The notes under the pieces: model-generated
Seen by the model: the letters and a program-made list of their open reading frames with translations, nothing else
Database searches by the model: none
Told to the model about the DNA's origin: nothing
In this document: one piece after another, positions 49,111-57,792 of the stretch
Numbering within the stretch: position 1 is the first letter of the stretch
How the letters are laid out: each line of letters opens with the position of its first letter
Translations under genes and position numbers: made by a program
Source: an uncultured Gemmatimonadales bacterium
GTDB taxonomy: Bacteria; Gemmatimonadota; Gemmatimonadetes; Gemmatimonadales; GWC2-71-9
Direction: 5' to 3'
NCBI GenBank assembly: GCA_963779755.1
Contig: CAVZZO010000001.1
Coordinates: 352,001-416,000 of the forward strand
DNA: 64,000 nt

Positions 49111-49216
49111 TTACTCCCCGGTCCAGTTCTGTTCCAGCTCCTCCAGTCTTGTCGTGGCCCCCGAGGCTGATGAACATCTGCCGCGCTTCCTGGTAGCGCT
49201 GGGTGGCGACGGCTGC
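49111..49216 (-). pseudogene. Fragment duplicating the TPR gene C-terminus
   Basis: AAVATQRYQEARQMFISLG[+1 G]ATTRLEELEQNWTGE* versus intact ...AQRYQEARQMFISLGATTRLEELERNWTGK*. Confidence 0.8.
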
Positions 49217-49217
49217 G

Positions 49218-50093
49218 CTAGGGTTTCACCGCCGGGCCCCAGACCGGGCGTAGGTTTACAGCGCTGTCCGCGATGATCCGAAAGCCGGTGCCGTCGGTTC
49301 GAATGGTAGCGATTGCGAGTATAGGGCCAGGAGAAGAGTACTCGAAGGCGAGCAGGTCGCCATCAGGCGCCCACGATGGATGGCCCACACCTAGCGAGTC
49401 TCCCCCATCGAAGACCATCCGGTCCCCGCTGCCATCCGGCCGAACGATCCGCAGCTGGGTCCCATCACCGACGTAGGCGATGAAGGCTCCATCGGGAGAA
49501 AAGGCCGGCCATGTTGCTTCCGTGACGGAATCGGTGGCCACCTGGTGGGGCATCGTCCCATCGGCATTCACGATCCAGAGCGCGTTGGGAGTCGACAGGT
49601 CGGAGGGCTGACGGGAATAGACCAGCATTGTCCCGTCACTCGACCAATTGCCCAGAACTTCTTCCTCTGCCGGCGTGGGTGTGATGTTCATCGGACTGGT
49701 TCCGTCGGCCTTCGCAATCCAGATATCCAACATATTGGTGTAGGCCAGCCATTTGCCGTCCGGCGACCACCGAGGCCACGTGCCACTGGCGATCACGTGC
49801 TGCAACCCGGTCCCGTCGGCGTTCACCACGTAGATCCCGTCGCGCACGAATGCCAGCCGATCCCCCGACGGGGCCACGTCGGGCTGCGCGAGCGGGGGCG
49901 GCAGCGCAATCGGGACCTGCTGCAGGCCCGACCCGTCGGGATTGATGGAGTAAAGCTGGGGCTGACCGCTGGTGGGGGACTGGCGGGTCGATGCAAAGAC
50001 GATCCTACCGGCCAGTGGCGGCCGTGGTGGGTTGGGCTCGGTACCGCAGGCGGCCAGCAGGGCGAGCAGGGCCAGAGGAGGGATCATACGCAT
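49218..50093 (-). CDS. TolB-like (PD40) beta-propeller lipoprotein, copy 1
   Basis: Lipobox LLAAC, IVFAS, repeated WSPDG/FSPDG/ADGT. Confidence 0.87.
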   Translation of the reverse strand: MRMIPPLALLALLAACGTEPNPPRPPLAGRIVFASTRQSPTSGQPQLYSINPDGSGLQQVPIALPPPLAQPDVAPSGDRLAFVRDGIYVVNADGTGLQHVIASGTWPRWSPDGKWLAYTNMLDIWIAKADGTSPMNITPTPAEEEVLGNWSSDGTMLVYSRQPSDLSTPNALWIVNADGTMPHQVATDSVTEATWPAFSPDGAFIAYVGDGTQLRIVRPDGSGDRMVFDGGDSLGVGHPSWAPDGDLLAFEYSSPGPILAIATIRTDGTGFRIIADSAVNLRPVWGPAVKP

Positions 50094-50201
50094 CTCAGCA
50101 CCCTCCCACCACGTCAGGCCCATGGGGCGCAGCGCTGCCCGGCTGGGCGTTCGTAACGAGATCACCCTCCCTCTAACGGATGGCGGCAACGCCGAGATCT
50201 T

Positions 50202-51077
50202 TCAGGGGCGCACCGCCGGACCCCACACAGGTTGAAGGTTGAAAGCGCTGTCCGCTATGATCTGGAGGTCCGTTCCGTCCACCCTTATAGTGGCGATTGC
50301 CAAACCGTAGCCGAATGCAAGCAGGCTGCCATCGGGGGACCAAGCGGGGTCATTCACCGTCGCAGTTCCCCCATCGAATATCAGCCGGTCACCGGTGCCA
50401 TCCGGCCGCACGATCCGGAGCTGGTATCCATCACCCGTGTAGGCGATAAGAGCTCCATCGGGAGAAAAGACCGGCGATCGTGCCAGGTATGCCGAATCGC
50501 TGGCTACCCGGTGTGGCATCGTTCCGTCCGCATTCATGATCCAGATCTCGTCCGGTACTGACAGGTCCCCTGGACTTCGACCGAAGACCAGGTGGGTGCC
50601 GTCGGATGACCAGTTGCCCAGGCCGTCGCTCAATGTATCCGTTAAGGTGAGATTTACCGGGTTGCTCCCGTCGGCGTTCGCGACCCAGATGTCGGACTTC
50701 CCTCCTGAATCTGGCGCGATATAGGCCAGTCGTTTGCCATCCGGCGACCAATGGGGTCGCGCTACCGGGCCGGGAATTGGGTGCTGCAGCCCCGTCCCGG
50801 CGGCGTTCACCACGTAAATCCCGTCGCGCACGAAGGCCAGCCGGTCCCCCGAGGGGGCCACGTCGGGCTGGCCCAGCGACGGCGGGAGGGATATCGGTAT
50901 CTGCTGTACGTCCGACCCGTCGGGGTTCATCGAATAGAGTTGGGACCTCCCGCTGGTGGGGGACTGCCGGGTGGAGGCAAAGACGATCTTGCCGGCCAGC
51001 GGGGGCGGCGGTGGGTTGGGCTCGGTACCGCAGGCGGCCAGCAGGGCGAGCAGGGCCAGAGAAGGGATCAAACGCAT
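50202..51077 (-). CDS. TolB-like (PD40) beta-propeller lipoprotein, copy 2
   Basis: Same 876-nt length and near-identical N-terminus as copy 1. Confidence 0.87.
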   Translation of the reverse strand: MRLIPSLALLALLAACGTEPNPPPPPLAGKIVFASTRQSPTSGRSQLYSMNPDGSDVQQIPISLPPSLGQPDVAPSGDRLAFVRDGIYVVNAAGTGLQHPIPGPVARPHWSPDGKRLAYIAPDSGGKSDIWVANADGSNPVNLTLTDTLSDGLGNWSSDGTHLVFGRSPGDLSVPDEIWIMNADGTMPHRVASDSAYLARSPVFSPDGALIAYTGDGYQLRIVRPDGTGDRLIFDGGTATVNDPAWSPDGSLLAFGYGLAIATIRVDGTDLQIIADSAFNLQPVWGPAVRP

Positions 51078-51078
51078 C

Positions 51079-51320
51079 TCAGCACCCTCCCACAGCGTCC
51101 GGCTCATGGGGCGCAGCCGATTGCACGTTCGGCGCGAGGTCCCCCCCGCCGCCCCCGCCGCTACCGGTGCAGACCGGATAGAAGACTGTGTACGGCGTAC
51201 CGTTGGTGCTGTTGCTGCGTGGGGTCACCGTGACGGTGATCGTGTACGAGCCCGCCGGCACCTGGAGGTAGTAGGACCCGGTGCGGAACCCGGTGTCTTG
51301 TTTGATGCGACCTGACAATG
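51079..51320 (-). pseudogene. C-terminal remnant of a larger, probably secreted, protein
   Basis: ...GSYYLQVPAGSYTITVTV...GGDLAPNVQSAAPHEPDAVGGC*; no credible start; shorter homologous remnant at about 50095..50169. Confidence 0.6.
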
Positions 51321-51378
51321 ATCGGCTGGATTCGGTGGATATATCGCGCGAAACGCCGGTCCGCAAGGTGGGCTGCTG

Positions 51379-51616
51379 GCCGAGGTGGCGGCGGAGAACG
51401 AGGAGCAGAAGGAAGCATCGTAACGGCAGGGATCAGGGATCAGGGAACAGGAACCAGGAATCTGGTCCCTTACTTCCCCGTCCAGTTCCGTTCCAGCTCT
51501 TCCAGCCTGGTCGTCGCTCCCAGCGAAATGAACATCTGCCGCGCTTCCTGGTAGCGCTGGGCCGCGAGGTCCTGCTTTCCCAAAGCGCTCAGCGCCTGGG
51601 CTGCCACGGCGGCTGC
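51379..51616 (+). repeat. Right copy of diverged direct repeat
   Basis: Contains an orphan fusA tail (AEVAAENEEQKEAS*) and the functional TPR-gene end. Confidence 0.88.
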
Positions 51617-52474
51617 CTCGCCCCGCAGCAGCGCGCTGCGCAGATGCTCGGCGGTCTGCCGGGCCTCCTCGGCCTCCCGGGCAGCGCGCTCAGGATCGTC
51701 TTCCTTCAGCGCCAGTACCGCCCCCAGCCTCATGGCCTCGGCCCGACCCAGCTCGTCGCCGGCGTCGCGGGCGAGCCGGGAGGCCCGCTCCAGTTCGCGC
51801 CGGGCCAGCGCCAGCTCCCCGCGCTCGGTCTCGACCTCGACGCGCCCCATCAAGGCGAGCGCCAGGAGTGAAGGCTCTTCCAGCATGGTGGCGTGTCGAA
51901 TGGCCTGCTCGGCCGAATCCTCGGCATCGGCCAGCTCGCCGCGCTGTCGGAAGGCGATACCCAGGTTGTGATAGGCTTCCGCGGCGCCGCGCCGGTCGCC
52001 CAGCCTCAGGTGCGCGAGCAGGGCGGAGCGGCAGAGGCTCAGCGCCACTTCGGGCCGGCCGCGCAGGTCCGCCAGCATCGCCAGGTTGTTGCTGACTCGT
52101 GCCACCATGGGGCTGTCGTCCATCTCGCGCGCCAGCCGCAGCGCTTCATCCCAGTGGCTCTCGGCGTCCTGCAGGCGGCCCTGCTCCCAGGCGATCGCGC
52201 CCAGCAGGTTGATGGCACGCATGCGGCCGTCACCGTCGCCGCGGGAGCGGAACCGGTTGAGGGCGGCGGAGGCCAGCACCGCCGCCGTTTCCAGCCGTCC
52301 CAGCCGGGTAGCCGCGGTTGCCGCCAGGAGCTGCCCATCGGGCGGCTGCAACGCCTGATCAGACGCGGTCATGCCGTGCCATGCCTCCAGCGCCTCCTGG
52401 AACCGCCCACGCGCCAGGAGCTCCCGCAGGCTGCGGGAGGGATCGTTCTCGGCGGCGGAACGGGTGGTGACCAT
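51470..52474 (-). CDS. Tetratricopeptide repeat protein
   Basis: NLLGAIAWEQG, NNLAMLA, AYHNLGIAFRQRG repeats. Confidence 0.85.
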   Translation of the reverse strand: MVTTRSAAENDPSRSLRELLARGRFQEALEAWHGMTASDQALQPPDGQLLAATAATRLGRLETAAVLASAALNRFRSRGDGDGRMRAINLLGAIAWEQGRLQDAESHWDEALRLAREMDDSPMVARVSNNLAMLADLRGRPEVALSLCRSALLAHLRLGDRRGAAEAYHNLGIAFRQRGELADAEDSAEQAIRHATMLEEPSLLALALMGRVEVETERGELALARRELERASRLARDAGDELGRAEAMRLGAVLALKEDDPERAAREAEEARQTAEHLRSALLRGEAAAVAAQALSALGKQDLAAQRYQEARQMFISLGATTRLEELERNWTGK

Positions 52475-52476
52475 GG

Positions 52477-53115
52477 TCAGTAGGAAACGGCGTACCGGCT
52501 GAACCCGAGGACATCGGCTTCGATTTCGTTGAACTCTTCGATCCGGATGGAGGTGAGCTGGGAATAGGCGCCGCCCAGCACCTCCTGGACCCAGACCGCC
52601 AGCTCGCCTTCGACCGTGGTATCCGCGGCATTCACGATCCCGTCGTCGTTATAGTCGCCCTCGCCGCCGGTGCCGCCGGCGTGGCCGTATTCGATCTTCA
52701 GCACCGCGGGGTGCAGGGGGTTGAACTTCAGGCCGGACGGTTCGAAATCGAACAGCACGCTGTCGCCGGTGGCCTTGATCGTGATTTCAATGGAATCCCC
52801 GGCCACGAACGGCGTACCGTCGGGGCGGGTGAGCAGGGCTTCCTGGGGCACTTTCAGGCGCACGAAATCTTCACCCGGTCCGCCCTGGGAGTCCTGAAAG
52901 CGCAGGGCTGCTTCATGGTCGGCCAGCGTGCTGGCCCAGAAAGTCACCGAGTCCTGGTAGAGGGGAATGTGACCCGGCGCGAGGAGGAGCACATGGAGCG
53001 AGTCGGGAGGACGGGTCGTCTCGCCGCTCCCCGGGCCGGAGGAGTCGGAGCAGCCGAGCCCGGCCATCAGGCCCGCGGCCGCGAGCAGGGGAAGCAGGTT
53101 GCGAAAGCGCGTCAT
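52477..53115 (-). CDS. Hypothetical lipoprotein
   Basis: Lipobox AGLGC; Ca-binding-like DYNDDGIVNAAD; ends FSRYAVSY. Confidence 0.75.
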   Translation of the reverse strand: MTRFRNLLPLLAAAGLMAGLGCSDSSGPGSGETTRPPDSLHVLLLAPGHIPLYQDSVTFWASTLADHEAALRFQDSQGGPGEDFVRLKVPQEALLTRPDGTPFVAGDSIEITIKATGDSVLFDFEPSGLKFNPLHPAVLKIEYGHAGGTGGEGDYNDDGIVNAADTTVEGELAVWVQEVLGGAYSQLTSIRIEEFNEIEADVLGFSRYAVSY

Positions 53116-53138
53116 GATCATCCCACCCTTCTTCGTGG

Positions 53139-54485
53139 TCATTCGTCCGCACCATTCTCGAGGATCCGTTGGAGCCGGGGGCGGCTGATGCCCAGCCGCC
53201 GGGCCGCCTCGCTCTTGTTGCCTCCGCACCGCTCCAGCATGAGCCGGACACTGGCGCGGATGATGACGCCGAGCTCCGCCGGAAACGGCAGGACCTGGTC
53301 GCCGGCCGGGCGGTTGATGTCCCGGGACAACCGCAGCTCTTCCAGTCGCAACGTGCCGGGCGGCGAGAGCACCAGCGCCCGCTCGATGGCGTTGCGCAGC
53401 TCCCGGACATTTCCCGGCCAGTTGTGGGCCCGCAGTGCGCTGCGCACTTCGGGTGTGAGCGGCGGCACCGGCATTCCATTGGCGCTGGCCAGGCGGCTCA
53501 CGAAGGTACCGGCCAGCAGCTCGATATCGCCGTCCCGGTCGCGCAGCGGCGGCAGCGTCAGCGCCACTACGTTGAGCCGGTAGAACAGGTCCTCCCGGAA
53601 CTCTCCCCGGCCGACCGCGTCGCCCAGGTCCACATGGGTGGCGGCAATCACCCGGACGTCGATCCGTTTCAGCGCCTGGCCCCCGACCCGGCGTATCTCC
53701 CGGCTTTCCAGCGCCCGGAGGAGCTTGGCCTGGAGCTCGAGCGGCAAGTGGCCGACCTCGTCCAGGAACAGCGTCCCGCCATGGGCCATTTCGAACAGCC
53801 CCGGCTTGGCCGCGATCGCACCGGTGAAGGCGCCCTTCTCATGTCCAAACAGCTCGCTCTCGATCAGGTTGGCCGGGATCGCGGCACAGTTGATGTCCAC
53901 GAAGGGAGCCGAGGCGCGCGGGCTGTTGTAGTGCACGGCGCGGGCGAGCAGCTCCTTGCCCGTGCCGGTTTCTCCTCCGATCAGAACGGTCACGTCCTTG
54001 TGGGCGGCAACCCTGGCCGCCTGCTCCAGGCTCCGGCGCAATGCCGGGCTGTCTCCCACGATCGCCCCGAATCCGCTGGCCTTGCGCTCGTCGGCGGCGA
54101 AACGATCCGCCTGCTGCTTCCCCCGTACCTGGCGGATCTCGCGATCCAGCATCCGCCGCAGGAGGCCCAGGTCCTCCGGCAGCGCGAAGTAGTCGCGGGC
54201 GCCGCGCTGAACCAGCGAGGCCGCCAGGCGGTGGTCGGCCGCGGCCCCCACCACGAACCGGGGTTCCTCTCCCGGGGGAAGTGAGCCGAGCAGGTCGATG
54301 GCTTCGGCTTCGGCGCCGCCCGCCAGCACCAGCATGGCCAGGGCATTTCCCGGCGGCGACGTTTCCGCCGAGGGCATCCACTCGACCACGCTGCCACCGA
54401 GCTCCGCTACCAGGTCGCCCAGGGTCGTATGGAAGCTGTCGGACAGCCGGACCATCACGACCCACGAGGTAGCCGTCTCAGTCAT
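53139..54485 (-). CDS. Sigma54-dependent Fis-family activator with degenerate receiver-like N-terminus
   Basis: GETGTGKE, ESELFGHEKGAFTGA, FLDEV, WPGNVREL, GNKSEAARRLGISR. Confidence 0.93.
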   Translation of the reverse strand: MTETATSWVVMVRLSDSFHTTLGDLVAELGGSVVEWMPSAETSPPGNALAMLVLAGGAEAEAIDLLGSLPPGEEPRFVVGAAADHRLAASLVQRGARDYFALPEDLGLLRRMLDREIRQVRGKQQADRFAADERKASGFGAIVGDSPALRRSLEQAARVAAHKDVTVLIGGETGTGKELLARAVHYNSPRASAPFVDINCAAIPANLIESELFGHEKGAFTGAIAAKPGLFEMAHGGTLFLDEVGHLPLELQAKLLRALESREIRRVGGQALKRIDVRVIAATHVDLGDAVGRGEFREDLFYRLNVVALTLPPLRDRDGDIELLAGTFVSRLASANGMPVPPLTPEVRSALRAHNWPGNVRELRNAIERALVLSPPGTLRLEELRLSRDINRPAGDQVLPFPAELGVIIRASVRLMLERCGGNKSEAARRLGISRPRLQRILENGADE

Positions 54486-54687
54486 GGCCGGCGGCGTCGG
54501 AGATAAGAGGCAACGGGCATACCATGGGAACCCCGGCGTTCAAGTAGCGATGCTGCATGCGATTGAGAAGTGATCTCCAGACCGGCAGCGGGAAACCCGT
54601 GGAATGCTTCGTTCCACTGTGGCATGAGACGATCACTCCGGGCTCTCCATGGCCTTGTCGCCGGCGGATGTACGCGGTTAGAAGGCA

Positions 54688-54703
54688 AGCCAGATGCCTG
54701 CCA
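54688..54703 (-). promoter_or_regulatory. Candidate sigma54 -24/-12 element upstream of the activator operon
   Basis: TGGCAGGCATCTGGCT (GG-N10-GC). Confidence 0.4.
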
Positions 54704-54821
54704 CGAAATAGGTCTGGAAAACCTTGTGCTGTAATGGTTTGTGGTAGTTCTTCCGGGTCGGTGAGACACTTGAACTGAAACAGAACATTACATGGCCGCA
54801 TCGAAATGCGGCACCCCTTGG

Positions 54822-54854
54822 AAAACAAGAAGGGCCGCCGGGTGGCGGCCCTTC
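54822..54854 (-). terminator. Intrinsic terminator after the lipoprotein gene
   Basis: GAAGGGCCGCC-N4-GGCGGCCCTTC followed by TTGTTTT. Confidence 0.8.
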
Positions 54855-54884
54855 AACGTCAGGCGGTGCAGCTCTTCAGTTGGC

Positions 54885-55658
54885 TCAGCTGGCAGAATGA
54901 TCGTCGCAGCCGTCGTGGTCTTCGTCCTCGAATGCGTGGAACGATTGTTCAATGTTGCTGCGGACGACGCCCTCGTTGCCCTGGCCCTGGTTGGCGGTTG
55001 ACGGGTCGATCAGCATGCCACCCGCCTGGAACCAGGTGGAGAGGTCCACGTGTATGGTGAGGCTGGCGGGCGTCGAATCGGTGACGCTGACCGGGGGCAC
55101 CAGGCTCAGCTCCTGGCCGACATCGAGATCGCTGGTGAAGGTGAACGGGGTACCATTGAAGGAGCCGGTGGCCATGATGCTGACCCCCTGGAAGTCGGGG
55201 TGCGCCTGCAGGAACGCCAGGTCCGCCGCATCGCTCTCGGGCCGGTGGATCTGGAACTCGAGGCGGTCGTAAGCACCGGTGTCCACGCTGACCGTGAACG
55301 CCTGGGTGGCGCCCGGGCTGAGTGGAAGCTGCACCAGCATGGGGTTCAGTTCCAGCTCCTGGCAGTCACGGCCGTCCGAGCTGGTATCACAGGCGGATCC
55401 GCTGACCCGGTGCAGTTCGATGTGGCGGAGTACCAGTTGGACGTCGTCAATCTGCAGGGTGTCGCCGCCGGCGGTGAAGATCTGCGGGCTGGCGCCGAGG
55501 GAAGCGCGAATGCCGGGCGCCGGCGCGGGTGCCGCCTGGGTGCTGACGCTCAGGGTGAAGCTCCGCCCTGCACCGCTGGGCCCATTGGCAGTGCTGCAGG
55601 CGGCCAGTCCGCCGAGCAGGAGGGGGGCGAGGGCAATCAGTCGGGACATTGGTTTCAT
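54885..55658 (-). CDS. Hypothetical beta-rich lipoprotein
   Basis: Lipobox LAAC, GGAG RBS, acidic His tail FEDEDHDGCDDH. Confidence 0.8.
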   Translation of the reverse strand: MKPMSRLIALAPLLLGGLAACSTANGPSGAGRSFTLSVSTQAAPAPAPGIRASLGASPQIFTAGGDTLQIDDVQLVLRHIELHRVSGSACDTSSDGRDCQELELNPMLVQLPLSPGATQAFTVSVDTGAYDRLEFQIHRPESDAADLAFLQAHPDFQGVSIMATGSFNGTPFTFTSDLDVGQELSLVPPVSVTDSTPASLTIHVDLSTWFQAGGMLIDPSTANQGQGNEGVVRSNIEQSFHAFEDEDHDGCDDHSAS

Positions 55659-55708
55659 CGTGGGCTCCAGCTGGGGTGAATGAGGGGCCGTTGCTGCCGG
55701 TGGCTGGA

Positions 55709-55724
55709 GGCAATCCTGATGCCT
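55709..55724 (-). promoter_or_regulatory. Sigma54 -24/-12 promoter
   Basis: AGGCATCAGGATTGCC (GGCA-N6-TTGC) 50 nt upstream of the ATG at 55658. Confidence 0.62.
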
Positions 55725-55878
55725 GCGGCTGATTTTTGTATCTGTCTGCCAGATAAAGCATTACGGACACTGCGGTGGTCTGCATCTTCGCCGCGGTTAT
55801 AACGCCCCGTGGCAGCGTCGCTCATTCCGTTGCACCGCTGGTGGGGGGCAGGTCTCTATATTCCGGATTCCGAGCAGC

Positions 55879-57540
55879 GTGCGACAGCTACCGTTCACCG
55901 GGAGAGAAGGCGTGCGCAGACTCCATCCTGACCTGCTTCAGCTCGTACTGCCCCTCTGCGCCGTCTCTTTTCTGCTGGCGGGCTGCGGGGGTGGCGAATG
56001 TCCCACCTGCGGCACCCTGGTGGTCGCGGCGGTGGGGGAGCCGCCACAGCTGCTGCCGCCCCTGGTCCAGGAGACGGTCGGCCGCGACATCAGCGATCAG
56101 ATCTATCAGAAACTGGCGGACCTGGAGCCGGGCAAGCCGACGATCGATCCCGCCGCGTACCGGCCGGGGCTCGCGGCCAGCTGGGAGCGGGTGGATTCAC
56201 TCACCTGGCGATTTCATCTGCGGCCGGATGCGCAGTGGCAGGACGGCCCTCCGGTAACGGCGCATGACGTGATCTTTTCTTTTCAGGCCTTTGAGGATTC
56301 CACCTTCGATGCGGCGCCGGCCCTGGCGCGGGAGGTCGCCTCGATCACCGCGACCGACTCCTCCACGGTGGTGATCCGGTTCCGCCGGTTCTATCCCGAG
56401 CAGCTCTACGATGCGACCTGGCATGTCCGGGTGATGCCGGCGCACATCTGGGACACCATTCCCGCTTCCCGCTGGGAGCGGGATACCACGCTGGGCCATC
56501 TGGTGGGCAGCGGTCCCTATCGCCTGGTTTCCTGGAACCGGGGGGCGTCGGTCACCCTGGAGGCGGTGAGGCAGGGGAAGGGCGCGCCCAGCATCCGCCG
56601 GCTGGTGTGGCGCTTTGCGGAGGATCCGGAAGCCGGGCTGAATCTCCTGCTGGGCCACGAGGCCGACGTCATGGAAGCCGTCGGGTTGAACGGCGCCGAG
56701 CGTCTGGCGGGAGACAGCGCCTTCCGCCTGGTGCCCTACCCGTCGGCCGTGTACGGCTTTATGGGGTTTCATATCGCGGGCAAGACGGAGCGGGACCGCG
56801 CCCCGGTGCTGGGCGACCGGACGGTGCGGCGGGCGCTGGTGGAGTCGATCGACCGCGAGACGCTGGCCCACTCCATTTTCGGGCCGGAGACCAAGGTCCC
56901 GGCCGGCCCCATGTCGCAGCTGCTCTGGCTCTGGGGTGTGAAGCCGGCTCCCCTCCCCTACGATACGACCGCGGCCGACAGCCTGCTGGCGGCTGCGGGG
57001 TGGAGGCGGCGTGCCGACGGACTGCGGGTGCGGAATGGCCGGGTGCTGCAGCTCGGGATCCTGGTGCCCTCCACCAGCGCGACCCGCCGGCAGGTCGCGC
57101 AGGCAATTCAACAGGCCTGGCGGGCGCGGGGGGTGAAGGCCGAAATCACCGCGGTGGACATGCCGGTGTTCATGCAGCGCCTGGTCGCGGGCCGGTTCGA
57201 TGCCTACCTCGGGGCGTGGCTGGATGAGCCGAGCCCGCGGGGGCTGGCCGAACAGTGGACGCGCTCGGGCTGGGATGCACTCAACTACGGCCACTACGCC
57301 GACCCGGTCTTCGATTCGCTGTTTGCCCGGGCCGCCGCGCAGTCCGATCCGGGTCAGGCGCGCGCTGCCTGGCGGGCCGCCCTCGACACCCTGAACAGCG
57401 ATGCGCCGGCGGCCTTTCTCTTTGCGCTCACCAACGTCGCGGCGATTTCGCGGCGAGTGAAGGACGTCGTGATCGACCCGTACTCGTGGCTGAGCCGGGT
57501 GAGCGAGTGGACCCTGGAAGAGAAACGGACTGGGGACTGA
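55879..57540 (+). CDS. ABC peptide/nickel substrate-binding lipoprotein (family 5); start uncertain
   Basis: Lipobox LLAGC, FHLRPDAQWQDG.PVTAHDV.FSF, VGSGPYRL, VRRAL..IDR. Confidence 0.88.
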   Translation: MRQLPFTGREGVRRLHPDLLQLVLPLCAVSFLLAGCGGGECPTCGTLVVAAVGEPPQLLPPLVQETVGRDISDQIYQKLADLEPGKPTIDPAAYRPGLAASWERVDSLTWRFHLRPDAQWQDGPPVTAHDVIFSFQAFEDSTFDAAPALAREVASITATDSSTVVIRFRRFYPEQLYDATWHVRVMPAHIWDTIPASRWERDTTLGHLVGSGPYRLVSWNRGASVTLEAVRQGKGAPSIRRLVWRFAEDPEAGLNLLLGHEADVMEAVGLNGAERLAGDSAFRLVPYPSAVYGFMGFHIAGKTERDRAPVLGDRTVRRALVESIDRETLAHSIFGPETKVPAGPMSQLLWLWGVKPAPLPYDTTAADSLLAAAGWRRRADGLRVRNGRVLQLGILVPSTSATRRQVAQAIQQAWRARGVKAEITAVDMPVFMQRLVAGRFDAYLGAWLDEPSPRGLAEQWTRSGWDALNYGHYADPVFDSLFARAAAQSDPGQARAAWRAALDTLNSDAPAAFLFALTNVAAISRRVKDVVIDPYSWLSRVSEWTLEEKRTGD

Positions 57541-57682
57541 GGACTGAGGACTGGGAGGATGCGATTGTCACCCTGAGCGAAGCGAAGGGGCCGAAGCCTT
57601 CTTCGGGTTTCGGCCCCTTCGGTCGCTGCGCTCCCTCAGGGTGACACTTGGCTTGGCGCCCGTCGGTCCTCAGCCCTCAGCC
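57534..57682. repeat. Nested palindromic element: GGACTGA heptamer arms around a TGTCACCCTGAG...CTCAGGGTGACA hairpin
   Basis: 12-bp TIR at 57566..57646; inner 13-bp stem CGAAGGGGCCGAA/TTCGGCCCCTTCG. Confidence 0.85.
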
Positions 57683-57792
57683 TCTTACCTCGCTGCCGAC
57701 CCTTCCCCTATCTTGAGGTATACCCCTTCCCCTTCGCCGGGCCGGAGGTTCCGGTGCCCCGGGGGGGATTGCCCTGACCGGCAGGATTCCCC

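Larger units (their letters stand above)
48966..49216 (+). repeat. Left copy of diverged direct repeat (fusA end + spacer + TPR-gene end)
   Basis: Aligns with 51379..51616. Confidence 0.88.

Noticed and set aside
51341..51354. Degenerate parS-like ATATCGCGCGAAAC
   Set aside because: Four mismatches to the 14-bp core; likely chance
49218..51378. Island as a prophage, IS or integron
   Set aside because: No integrase, transposase, phage gene or recognisable attC structure
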